A stretch of DNA of 24,501 bases, taken from contig CAVYXJ010000004.1 of NCBI GenBank assembly GCA_963772455.1, positions 1 through 24,501 on the forward strand, given 5' to 3'. Positions 8,860 to 17,747 of the stretch are shown here, one piece after another (the first letter of the stretch is position 1; every line of letters starts with the position of its first letter). A program made the translations under genes and the position numbers. The stretch comes from Candidatus Bathyarchaeota archaeon (GTDB lineage: Archaea; Thermoproteota; Bathyarchaeia; Bathyarchaeales; Bathycorpusculaceae). The notes beneath the pieces were generated by a model. That model searched no databases, was not told the origin of the DNA, and worked only from the letters and a program-made list of their open reading frames with translations.

Positions 8860-11001
8860 TCAGTAGCCTTTTTTGAAAACTGAATATAATGTTACTATTG
8901 CTGTTCCAGCCGCGGCAATGATAGCGCTAAATATTATCCAGTTTATTGGTTCGTTTCTGTTTGATGCAACGCTAATTGGTTGATTTGTCGGTTGAGTTTC
9001 AGATAGCAGAGCTGGTTCTTGTATTGGATTAGGCGTTTGAGTTGGGGTTGCGGTTGGCTGAGTAGTTGGAGCTGGAGTTGTTGTGGCAGTTGGAGTTGTT
9101 GTTCGGTCGGGTTCGGTTGAAGGTGGTGTTGTTGGTTGAGGGGAGGCTGTTGGTGGAGGGGTTGTTGTTGGATTGGGTGAGGCGCCAAGCGCATAAATGT
9201 AGCCATCATATGAACCTATGTACAATACACCGTTGGCAATCGCTGGCGATGAGAAAAGAAAACTTCCAGTACGATACGACCAGATTATGGAACCATTGAA
9301 AGCATTCAACGCGAATACGTAGCTATCAATTGACCCACAGTAAACGACGTTGCCAACAACTGCAGGAGACGAATACACATAGCCAATGAACTGACGTGGT
9401 GAGTACGGAGAAGTAAAGAACCATATTTGAGAACCGGTTGTTGCGTTTAAAGCATAGTAGCCATTTCGAGCGCCAATGTAAACAATACCGTTTGCGACCG
9501 CAGGAGAAGCATCTTCATGGTCGGTGCCGCTCCCTATGAGTGTTTGCCAAATTTTTGAGCCATCACTTGCTTTCAAAGCGTAAACAATGCCGGCGTCCGA
9601 GCAAACATAAATTACGTCATTAACAACTGCAGGGGTAGAGTAGACTTGAGTTCCAGTTTGAAATGACCAAATTATTGCTCCATTGTTGGCGTTTAATGCG
9701 TAGACCTTGCCGTCACCTGCACCTTGGTAAAGGACTCCATTGACTATGGAGGGTGAAGAAAATGTGGTGCCGCCTGTAAGATAAGACCATATTAGAGCTC
9801 CGTTGGTTGCGTTCAAAGCGTAGATGTATCCGTAATAAGAGCCGATGTAAACGACGCCGTTGACAACTGTTGGAGATGACTCAATCCCACTATTGGTTGA
9901 AAATCGCCAAATCAATGACCCAGTTTCTGCATTCAATGCAACAATGTAGCCGTTGTGGCCGTCCCACAGGATACCAACGTAAACAACTCCATCAACTACG
10001 GCGGGCGAGGATTCTACTTGACTTCCGCTATTATATTGCCAGATAACCGATCCAGTAGCAGCATTTAAGGCATAGACAATACCGTTGTTTGAGCCTTCAT
10101 ATACAACGCCGTTGACTATTGCGGGGGAAGAACGGATTTTATCGCCAGTGTTGAATTGCCAAAGTAGATTGCCATTTGAAACTGATGCGGTTGTTGTTCC
10201 TGTTCTTTGTGCGTCATGGCGATACATTGACCAATCATCTGGGTTGGATTCGTTAGTTGAAGTTGTTGGTGGGGTAGGGGTTGGAGTCGGTTTGGCGCCG
10301 TCTACAATGATATTTTTGTTTATATTTCCATTAACTGCAAAGTTGTATTCATAGTAAGTTGGAAAAGGTGTACATATTCCCGAATAGCTTGGGTTGAAAG
10401 CAGTTTGAGGGTGAGCATCTATTACATACGTTCCAGCGGGCACATTAATGAAATAATATCCTAAACTATTAGTAAAATATCCTGAACCATAGATTCCGTT
10501 ACTATTTTTAAATAAAACTGAAGCCCCTATCATCGGAGATCCTATGGAATTAATGACGTAGCCTGAAATTTTGAAGCCTGTCTGCAGTGTTATATTTTTA
10601 GTGCCATCAGATGAAATTGTAAATCCTGCTTCGTCACCATTAATGTAGTTTGAATCGTAGGGTGGCCAAACGTTAATGTGGTATGTGCCTGAAGGACCAT
10701 AAGTTTCGTAATAACCTGAATTATCTGTAAAAACGCCTGGTACAATTGAGGGGACATTAAAGATAACGTCTGCCTTGGCAATTCCAAGTCCGTTTGAATC
10801 TAAGACATAGCCTGATATTTTGAAACGCTCAGATTGAGCTTGTACAATACTGAAACTAAGACTAAACGCAGTTGTTAGTAACAACGTGCAAACCAAAAAA
10901 ATAACAAAAAAGTTGCGTTTTTTTAGAATTATTTTGTTATTTGATATTTTCGATAATTTCAACATTACGTTCGCCAACATAGGCATCAGTTTTTTTGGCA
11001 A
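8860..11001 (-). CDS. Membrane-anchored surface protein: 2 carboxypeptidase-regulatory-like repeats + 8-bladed PQQ/BamB-like beta-propeller + Pro/Thr linker + C-terminal TM
   Basis: Signal peptide KKRNFFVIFLVCTLLL...VQA. Two FKISGYV..S.G....A.V...GYY....P.GTY repeats; WSMYRHDAQRTG then eight S(S/T)P(A/T/S)-type blades (SSPAVxNGVVYxGSxDGxVYALNAxxG..W consensus); PT-rich stalk; TM WIIFSAIIAAAGTAIVTLYSVF followed by KKGY. True start may be the ATG at 10965. Confidence 0.88.
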   Translation of the reverse strand: MPKKLMPMLANVMLKLSKISNNKIILKKRNFFVIFLVCTLLLTTAFSLSFSIVQAQSERFKISGYVLDSNGLGIAKADVIFNVPSIVPGVFTDNSGYYETYGPSGTYHINVWPPYDSNYINGDEAGFTISSDGTKNITLQTGFKISGYVINSIGSPMIGASVLFKNSNGIYGSGYFTNSLGYYFINVPAGTYVIDAHPQTAFNPSYSGICTPFPTYYEYNFAVNGNINKNIIVDGAKPTPTPTPPTTSTNESNPDDWSMYRHDAQRTGTTTASVSNGNLLWQFNTGDKIRSSPAIVNGVVYEGSNNGIVYALNAATGSVIWQYNSGSQVESSPAVVDGVVYVGILWDGHNGYIVALNAETGSLIWRFSTNSGIESSPTVVNGVVYIGSYYGYIYALNATNGALIWSYLTGGTTFSSPSIVNGVLYQGAGDGKVYALNANNGAIIWSFQTGTQVYSTPAVVNDVIYVCSDAGIVYALKASDGSKIWQTLIGSGTDHEDASPAVANGIVYIGARNGYYALNATTGSQIWFFTSPYSPRQFIGYVYSSPAVVGNVVYCGSIDSYVFALNAFNGSIIWSYRTGSFLFSSPAIANGVLYIGSYDGYIYALGASPNPTTTPPPTASPQPTTPPSTEPDRTTTPTATTTPAPTTQPTATPTQTPNPIQEPALLSETQPTNQPISVASNRNEPINWIIFSAIIAAAGTAIVTLYSVFKKGY
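9010..9180 (-). repeat. Pro/Thr-rich low-complexity linker (coding)
   Basis: Encodes PNPTTTPPPTASPQPTTPPSTEPDRTTTPTATTTPAPTTQPTATPTQTP; degenerate GTT/GGT/GGA triplets on the + strand. Confidence 0.8.
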
Positions 11002-11183
11002 TAAAAGAGTTCTCGTAAAGGTTTCTTGACTGGTTTTAGTCCAATTTCCTTTACTAACGACAAGTATACTAATAACAAATCAATCTTTGGAACGATATTT
11101 GCATTTGATTGACCCAAGACTCTTGTTGTGAAGAGGAAACTCGCTTGAGGTTTAATTTTAGAATTGTCGAGCTGCCGTTCAAG

Positions 11184-12485
11184 CTATGTTTCTGTACCGC
11201 TGCTGGTACTTAGCATTTGAACATCTGCTATCTGGCTTGTGTCAGCGTAGATTCCAACTGTAACTACGTTTCTACCTCCAGCATAAATCTGGTTAAGCTC
11301 CAATTCCACATACCAATAAGGATACAGTGACACCGAGTTGTCGCGGGTATGAGGCACCATTTGAACCGATAAGGGCTCATCTTTCACTGTAAAGCCGGAA
11401 ACTGGCTGGCCTTCAATGGTGTAGACCAAAGTTTTCACATGATTTTTTGCCATTTCAATAGCTTGCTCTTGTGTGACCGCCAAGTTAGTGTTTCCTACTG
11501 TGTATTGGAAATAGCCGTCTGTCATAGTAGTTAAAATGTTGTTCTGGAACACCATCTGCAAACCTTTGGTTTGATAATCAATACCGTTCTCGGTGTACAT
11601 CCAAGCAAACAAAACTGTGCCTGATTCAGTGTACATTTTAAATTTGAGGTTTCCTTCAACGAGTTCTTTTCCATCCTCAATTAAGGAGACTGTGTCTAAT
11701 AATTTGCTCATTTTTGTTAGATAATCATCGCCTGAATAGGCACTGTAGCGTGCAAGAGTGAATTTAGCGTTTTGCAATACATCGCTCGGTTGTGGCTGTA
11801 CAAATGTGGGTGTACTTTCAGTCATGTGAAGATCATATCGCGAGAAATGGTTGTTTCTGAATCGCAAATCGACAGTTATTTTGTTTAAGTGACTATCTTC
11901 TAGAGTGTATTTCATGTTTTCCTCAGCAATTCCGCCAAAATCTGTTCGCCATACAATGTCGTTGGAATCCATAGAAACTGTGTAGATTGATGTATCAATC
12001 TTGGTTACGTTTTTGAAGAAGTTTAGGACTTTGTCAGCACCTGCACCATAAGATTGTAGGCGTTGGATATCGGCTGAGAGTGAATGCTGTGCAATAGTGA
12101 GCTCGTTTACAGCGTTGAATTGAAGGGTAGCAAAACTTGCTAGAAGTAAAACCGAAACCAAGAGTGCGGCTGAAAAAACTTTCCATTTAAGGGCACTTGA
12201 GTTGCGTTTAGGTTCAGTCTTAACTTCTTCAATACCTTTCATGGCGGCAACAGTTGCAACTCCAAAAGAAGACAGTTTATACTGATCATTGTCTCTTTTT
12301 GAAATTAGTTCACCAAGACTTTCCAGGTGATATGTCAAATTAGGGCTTGAAACCCCAAGTTCCTCAACCATCTCCATAAAAGTCATTGGTTTATTTCCAA
12401 GCATTCGAAGAATTTTGCGTCTAACTGGATGCTTTAGCGAGCTGAACATTATCGAATAAATTTCGTCTTCATGTGAGCCAGCCAT
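11184..12485 (-). CDS. Membrane-tethered ArsR-like winged-helix regulator with large extracytoplasmic domain
   Basis: N-terminal FSSLKHPVRRKILRML...LGVSSPNLTYHLESL...YKLSSFG wHTH; single TM WKVFSAALLVSVLLLASFATLQF; short coiled coil; ~300-aa C-terminal region ending in a PepSY-like TQEQAIEMAK...YPYWYVEL...VGIYADT segment. Confidence 0.8.
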   Translation of the reverse strand: MAGSHEDEIYSIMFSSLKHPVRRKILRMLGNKPMTFMEMVEELGVSSPNLTYHLESLGELISKRDNDQYKLSSFGVATVAAMKGIEEVKTEPKRNSSALKWKVFSAALLVSVLLLASFATLQFNAVNELTIAQHSLSADIQRLQSYGAGADKVLNFFKNVTKIDTSIYTVSMDSNDIVWRTDFGGIAEENMKYTLEDSHLNKITVDLRFRNNHFSRYDLHMTESTPTFVQPQPSDVLQNAKFTLARYSAYSGDDYLTKMSKLLDTVSLIEDGKELVEGNLKFKMYTESGTVLFAWMYTENGIDYQTKGLQMVFQNNILTTMTDGYFQYTVGNTNLAVTQEQAIEMAKNHVKTLVYTIEGQPVSGFTVKDEPLSVQMVPHTRDNSVSLYPYWYVELELNQIYAGGRNVVTVGIYADTSQIADVQMLSTSSGTET

Positions 12486-12725
12486 GTTAACCCCACTCTA
12501 TCTAAGCAATATTCAAGCTACAATATTTACATGTTCTAATTTTCTTTAGTAGCTTTGCTAAAAGAGGGCTATCTGTTTCTAATTATGGAAAATTGCGGAA
12601 AAGATCCAAATTTTAATTGCAACAAATAATCCAATTCATTAATCTCATTGTTTTTTGTTTTCTATTTAAATCAAAGATAAATAGTTGAAATACAATTTCA
12701 TGTACCAATCAAGGAGAAATATAAG

Positions 12726-13148
12726 TTGTCTGTAGCGCAAAGAAAATATTTCACTGAAATCGCAGCGTTAGCAGATAAAACTGTAGCTGTAATTACAACT
12801 ACTGGAAAAGCTTTCAACGGGACACTCATCGGCATCAACCCTGACAATATGAGTCTATGCTTAGCTGACGCCAAAGAAGATTCTGGAATCTTAGTGCACC
12901 GCATATTCTTGAATGGAAACATCGTTGCTCAAATTGCGAGCGCAGAAAAACCCTTCGACCTCAAAGCTCTCTCAAATAGACTTGAAAAAGTCTTCCCAAC
13001 AATGGTTAAACTCTATGAAGATAAAGGGTTCATCTGGGTTATGGATAAAGTAAAACTAACCGATCGTGGTGTCACGGAAGGTTCAGGTCCAGCCGCAGAT
13101 CGCGTGCAAAGAGTCTATGAGCAATTCATGAGCGAAGTCAAAGCCTAA
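12726..13148 (+). CDS. Lsm-family RNA-binding protein with C-terminal extension (SmAP3-like)
   Basis: Sm1 (KTVAVITTTGKAFNGTLIGINPDNMSLCLADA) and Sm2 (RIFLNGNIVAQI) motifs plus C-terminal domain (FDLKAL...FPTMVKLYED...VMDKVKLTDRGV.EGSGPAADRV). GGAG upstream of the TTG. Confidence 0.88.
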   Translation: MSVAQRKYFTEIAALADKTVAVITTTGKAFNGTLIGINPDNMSLCLADAKEDSGILVHRIFLNGNIVAQIASAEKPFDLKALSNRLEKVFPTMVKLYEDKGFIWVMDKVKLTDRGVTEGSGPAADRVQRVYEQFMSEVKA

Positions 13149-13894
13149 ATAAACCAGCGCAGTTGCTGCTCCTCTTTCTTCTTTTCTTCTGTAATACTTC
13201 TTACAACTCCAAAGGATTCAAGCATCTTTTTTATTTCGTCACCGCTAGCTTCCAGCCCAGACAAATCTACATCTAGGAACAAGTATTTGCCAAGGGTAAT
13301 TAACGCGTATTTTGCAGCGTTTACATCGGGATTCATTCCAGGCGTATCAATAAGCAATGAAAAACCTTTCATATCTCTAATCCTGGCCATCCCAATGGAT
13401 AAACCCGCAATGCCAAACACGTGTCCAACCATAACTTTTGTTCCTAAATCAAGTGCCTGCTGCATAGTCTCCAAATCCGTAGCTGTACTGTAAATTCCTG
13501 GTATAGGCTGAGCTTCATCTTTTTTGAAGCCGCCAATCGAAATTACAAAGCGACAGCCAAATTCTTGTGCAATATCAAGCACTTTTCCAACTAACTCGTA
13601 TTGCCCAACGGTGGTTAATGCTTGAGTGTTTCCATACCAAATTATTAAGTCCCGCTCGCCATCCCGCTTAGCATAATAGAGTTCGTTTATGGGTGTTCGT
13701 GCTCCGCCATCACCTGTGGTTATTGCAAAATCCTGAAAAGACGAAGAAAAAATTTGAACAAATCGTTTTGCCTTCAACTCTTTAATCAAATGTATCGCTG
13801 CAATATTAGCTACAAAGCCAATTCCTGGTAACCCTTCAATTAAGATCGGATCGTTTAATGTTGGTCTTTCGCTTATATCAATTGAGCAAACCAT
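13145..13894 (-). CDS. PAC2-family proteasome assembly chaperone
   Basis: PILIEGLPGIGFVANIAA.HLI..L, ISIGGF, GIAGL and PDVNAA motifs. Start reassigned to ATG 13894 (MVCSIDISERP) because the track's extension to 13984 runs through the divergent promoter region. Stop overlaps the Lsm stop (convergent). Confidence 0.88.
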   Translation of the reverse strand: MVCSIDISERPTLNDPILIEGLPGIGFVANIAAIHLIKELKAKRFVQIFSSSFQDFAITTGDGGARTPINELYYAKRDGERDLIIWYGNTQALTTVGQYELVGKVLDIAQEFGCRFVISIGGFKKDEAQPIPGIYSTATDLETMQQALDLGTKVMVGHVFGIAGLSIGMARIRDMKGFSLLIDTPGMNPDVNAAKYALITLGKYLFLDVDLSGLEASGDEIKKMLESFGVVRSITEEKKKEEQQLRWFI

Positions 13895-13998
13895 GACTAT
13901 GCACTTCGGTGGGTATTTAGAGGAACATTGTGATATAAGGATGCCTAAAAAGGCGATGTTTTTTATAAGTGAGCAACGTTTCATGTTTAGGTTTCACC

Positions 13999-15621
13999 TT
14001 GAGCTTTGAAATTAAAGAAAAAGATTTGTTGGGCAGGATCGGCAAACTAAAAACAAAAAGCGGTACAATAGAAACACCGCTGTTGTTCCCAGTCATCAAC
14101 CCCAGCATCCAACCTATCCCACCCCAAAAACTCAAGGATACCTTCGGCTTTCAAGCAGTCATAACAAATTCTTACATCATCAAAAAAAGATATGACAATA
14201 AACCTTTGGAGTTGGGTTTGCATAAGTTTCTAAATTATGACGGCGCAGTCATGACTGATTCTGGAGCTTATCAAATTCTTGTTTACGGTGACATTGATGT
14301 GTCACAAAAAGAAATTGTGGCTTATCAAGAGGGCATCGGAAGTGACATCGCAACTATCCTTGATATTCCCACAGGTTGGAAAGTAACAAAAGAACAAGCA
14401 GAAATAACCGTGGCTGAAACCCTAAAGCGAGCAAAAGACTTTTTCAAGATTAAAACTCGCGACGACATTTTGTGGGTTGGGCCAGTCCAAGGTGGAAAAC
14501 ACCTTGACCTTGTCGCTAGTTCAGCAATTGAAATGGGTAAGTTGCCATTCCAAATCCACGCGCTTGGAAGTCCAACCGAAGTCATGGAAAGCTACCGCTA
14601 TGATGTATTAGCAGACATGATTTTAACGGCAAAGAAAGGTTTACCTCTTGAGCGTCCTTTGCACTTGTTTGGTGCTGGGCATCCTTCAATGTTTGCGTTG
14701 GCCGTAGCGTTGGGTTGTGATCTCTTTGATTCTGCCGCTTACGCACTCTATGCTAGGGAGAATCGCTATATGACCGAAAATGGCACATGGCGAGTAAATG
14801 AACTGGATTATTTCCCATGCAGTTGTCCAAGATGCTCTGCAGAAACACCAAGAGACTTGGAGAAAAAATCGCCCAAAGAACGTGAAGTTTTCCTTGCTGA
14901 ACATAATTTATACGTTTGTTTAGCAGAAATAAAGCGAATCAAACAAGCAATTCGGGATGGTCGACTCTGGGAACATACTGAAATGCGGGTTCACGCACAC
15001 CCAGCATTACTTTCAGCCCTAAAACATCTTCGCCAACACGCTGACTTTCTCGAAAAATATAGTCCAACAGCAAAAAGTAGTGGGTTCTTCTATTTCAACT
15101 CAGTGGGACTTGCACGACCAGAAATCACTCATTATCGAAAACGGCTAACTGAACGATATATGCCACCGCAGAATGCGAAGGTGCTTTTGCTTGTTCCCCA
15201 AACCAGAAACAAACCTTTTCACAAATCGCCTGAATTCAAGAAAATCAGAGCGTTATTAAGGAACATAGGAAAGGAACTTTCTGATCAGGTTCATGTTTGT
15301 GTTTATTCAGCTCCATTTGGTTTGGTTCCGATAGAGTTGGATGAGGTTTATCCTTTGTCTCAGCATGAGGCTGCACATCCATTTGATTTGGAAACAATCA
15401 ATTATGTCGCGAAACAAACTGCAGATTATATTGAACGATCACCTTACCAAAGCGTTACATTACTTAATGATCCCAAACATTGGAATGACGCTGTTAAGCA
15501 AGAATCCCAAAAAGCCTGCATCATAAAAAGCTTAAAATTTGAATCTGTTGACGCGAGTGTACAAAGGAGTAAAGAAATTTTTAACCGTTTAGAAGTTATC
15601 TTGCGCGAACAGCTGAGATGA
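13999..15621 (+). CDS. tgtA: Archaeosine tRNA-guanine(15) transglycosylase
   Basis: SFEIKEKDLLGRIGKL...IETP start (TTG 13999 preferred over 13969), catalytic MTDSGAYQ, GPVQGG, HLFGAGHP, CDLFDSAAY, Zn site CSCPRC...EHN. No recognisable PUA domain. Confidence 0.93.
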   Translation: MSFEIKEKDLLGRIGKLKTKSGTIETPLLFPVINPSIQPIPPQKLKDTFGFQAVITNSYIIKKRYDNKPLELGLHKFLNYDGAVMTDSGAYQILVYGDIDVSQKEIVAYQEGIGSDIATILDIPTGWKVTKEQAEITVAETLKRAKDFFKIKTRDDILWVGPVQGGKHLDLVASSAIEMGKLPFQIHALGSPTEVMESYRYDVLADMILTAKKGLPLERPLHLFGAGHPSMFALAVALGCDLFDSAAYALYARENRYMTENGTWRVNELDYFPCSCPRCSAETPRDLEKKSPKEREVFLAEHNLYVCLAEIKRIKQAIRDGRLWEHTEMRVHAHPALLSALKHLRQHADFLEKYSPTAKSSGFFYFNSVGLARPEITHYRKRLTERYMPPQNAKVLLLVPQTRNKPFHKSPEFKKIRALLRNIGKELSDQVHVCVYSAPFGLVPIELDEVYPLSQHEAAHPFDLETINYVAKQTADYIERSPYQSVTLLNDPKHWNDAVKQESQKACIIKSLKFESVDASVQRSKEIFNRLEVILREQLR

Positions 15622-15764
15622 CAGAATCTTTTATGTTCTTCAAACTATCAAGCAAACTAAGTTGTATTTTTTTTAGCTTCTAAAAGTTTTTAATTGATTT
15701 TGGATAACTTTTTTTACCCCTATATGCTTATAGACGCTTAAATTAAAATTTAGCAACTTGACCC

Positions 15765-16400
15765 TTGAGAATTCATGGAGATGTAATTATAGAACCTCTT
15801 TATGCTGATTTCCATATTCACACAGTTTATTCGCCAGATTCACTTGTTCAACCCAAATCGCTCGTTGAGATGCTCGTTGCGCACAAATTCATTAAAGTTG
15901 CAGCGGTTACGGATCACGACAGTGTAAGAGGTTGTAGAGCAACTGTCGAGTTAGCCTCCGCTTATCCAGATATTTTGATAATTCCGGGTGTTGAAATTAG
16001 TACGCAAGAAGGGGATCTGTTGGTTTTAGGAACTTATGAATTGCCGCCTAAACCTTGGTTGCCTGAAAATATCGTAGATTTTGCTAATTCTATTGGTGGA
16101 GTATGCATAGTTGCTCATCCTTTCAGGGAGTATGGAATGGGTGAACGCGCTAGGAACTACAAAGTTGATGCCATCGAAGTTCAAAATGGGGGATCTAGCA
16201 AAGGAGCCAATAATCAAGCTAAAGAATTCGCAAAAAGTCTAGGTTTACCTGGTACCGCAGGAAGTGATGCACATCAAGTGTCAGAGTTATTTAGTGTTTA
16301 CAACAAAGTTGATGCTTCGCTTAGTTTGGACGCTGTTTTGAAAGCTGTAAAGAAAGGTGCCGTGTCTGCACATGCAAGTTCAGGGTCAATACATATTTAA
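15765..16400 (+). CDS. PHP-domain metal-dependent phosphoesterase
   Basis: DFHIHTVYSPD, AVTDHD, PGVEIST, AHPFR and AGSDAH motifs. Start uncertain. Confidence 0.9.
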   Translation: MRIHGDVIIEPLYADFHIHTVYSPDSLVQPKSLVEMLVAHKFIKVAAVTDHDSVRGCRATVELASAYPDILIIPGVEISTQEGDLLVLGTYELPPKPWLPENIVDFANSIGGVCIVAHPFREYGMGERARNYKVDAIEVQNGGSSKGANNQAKEFAKSLGLPGTAGSDAHQVSELFSVYNKVDASLSLDAVLKAVKKGAVSAHASSGSIHI

Positions 16401-16455
16401 AACAGCAAAGATTCATTTTTAGTCGTTAACATTAACTAAATAGGATTGATCCTGA

Positions 16456-17712
16456 TTGCAAGTTGGATTTTTAGGTGGAGCTAGAGAAGTTGGCAGAATA
16501 GGCGTATCTGTAAAGACTGAGAAAACTCAGGTCGTGTGCGATTACGGTGTTATGCTTGATAATGAACCAGGTTTCCCCATGCATATCCCACCTAAAGAGG
16601 TTGACGCTGTTATCTTAACTCACAGTCACCTTGACCATTCCGGTGCTGTACCGATTTTTTTTATTAACGATAAAAAACCATTGTACACAAACAAACTTAG
16701 TTTGGAGTTAACCCAACTGCTGGTTCAAGATTTCATTCACCTGTCAGGATATTATTTACCTTTTGAATATCTTGAACTCAAAACAATGATGAATAACAAT
16801 AGGCACCTGGATTTTGGCGTTGAAGAAACCATTGGGGATATGAAAATGAAATTGTTCAACGCTGGTCATACGCCAGGAAGTTCTCAGGTATTGCTTGAAG
16901 CTGAAGGCAAACGCTTCTTGTACACTGGCGACTTTAATTTGGAGGAAAGCAAACTTTTAGCTGGTGCATCAATGGACTACGGAGATTTAGATGCGGTTGT
17001 TATAGAAAGTACTTATGCAGATTCAGATCATACTGAACGTTCATTGCTTGAAAAGCAATTCGTAGAAGCATGCACTGAAGTTGCTGAAGCAGGCGGAACT
17101 GTATTAGTGCCCTCTTTTGGTGTTGGTCGTTCACAGGAGATGGCTACTGTTCTAGCTGCTCATCATTTTGATTACCCTGTTACCTTAGATGGAATGGCTC
17201 GTGAAGCCAGTCGAGTAATTATGAATTACAAGGAATTCCTCAAAGACCCAAGGCTTTTCATGAATGCTATGCATTCAGCTGATTGGGTGGAAGGTTGGAG
17301 AGATAGACGACGAGCGCTTAAAACGCCTGGAGTGATTATTTCAACTGCAGGTATGCTTAAAGGCGGACCGGCAGCATTCTATGTTTCAAAACTTGGTAAT
17401 CAAGCAAAAAACGCCGTTTTTTTGGTCAGTTACCAGATTCCCGGTACACCAGGTCGAGAACTTATGGAGAAAGGCGTATGCACTATCGATGGGCAAGTTC
17501 GAAAGATTAAAGCGAAATATCGTCATTTTGATTTCTCTTCCCATTGCGGTGCTAGCATGCTTAAAGAAGCCTTGAAGCGACTTGGAGGCAATCCTAAAGT
17601 CTTTGTGGTTCATGGAGCCGAAGGTAACTGTGAACTTTTTGCTAATTGGGCGAAAACTGAGTTGGGATTAGATGCTGTGGCTCCGAGAACTGGAGAAACT
17701 TATCAAATATAG
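16456..17712 (+). CDS. beta-CASP metallo-beta-lactamase ribonuclease (aCPSF2-like, no KH domains)
   Basis: FLGGAREVGR, THSHLDHSG, AGHTPGS, YTGDF, IESTYA, PSFGVGRSQE, GMLKGG, YQIPGTPGR, FSSHC and VVHG motifs. 418 aa with no N-terminal KH region. Confidence 0.9.
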   Translation: MQVGFLGGAREVGRIGVSVKTEKTQVVCDYGVMLDNEPGFPMHIPPKEVDAVILTHSHLDHSGAVPIFFINDKKPLYTNKLSLELTQLLVQDFIHLSGYYLPFEYLELKTMMNNNRHLDFGVEETIGDMKMKLFNAGHTPGSSQVLLEAEGKRFLYTGDFNLEESKLLAGASMDYGDLDAVVIESTYADSDHTERSLLEKQFVEACTEVAEAGGTVLVPSFGVGRSQEMATVLAAHHFDYPVTLDGMAREASRVIMNYKEFLKDPRLFMNAMHSADWVEGWRDRRRALKTPGVIISTAGMLKGGPAAFYVSKLGNQAKNAVFLVSYQIPGTPGRELMEKGVCTIDGQVRKIKAKYRHFDFSSHCGASMLKEALKRLGGNPKVFVVHGAEGNCELFANWAKTELGLDAVAPRTGETYQI

Positions 17713-17747
17713 CTCAAAAATTCATATAAAATCTTTAGGTTAAGAAC

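Noticed and set aside
8943-9299. Q/P/L-rich ORF 8943-9209 and antisense ORF 9066-9299
   Set aside because: Shadow frames of the Pro/Thr linker of the propeller gene.
9190-10150. Periodic ~120-nt similarity as a CRISPR or DNA tandem repeat
   Set aside because: Explained by degenerate coding repeats of the beta-propeller blades.
4599-12593. Identical 15-mer CTAATTATGGAAAAT at 4599-4613 and 12579-12593
   Set aside because: AT-rich word; a rough estimate gives on the order of one such match by chance in 24.5 kb. One copy lies between convergent stops, not in a promoter.
13895-13998. Overlapping 5' ends of PAC2 and tgtA implied by the ORF track
   Set aside because: Family-like sequence begins at 13894 (-) and 13999 (+), leaving an ordinary ~100-nt divergent promoter region.
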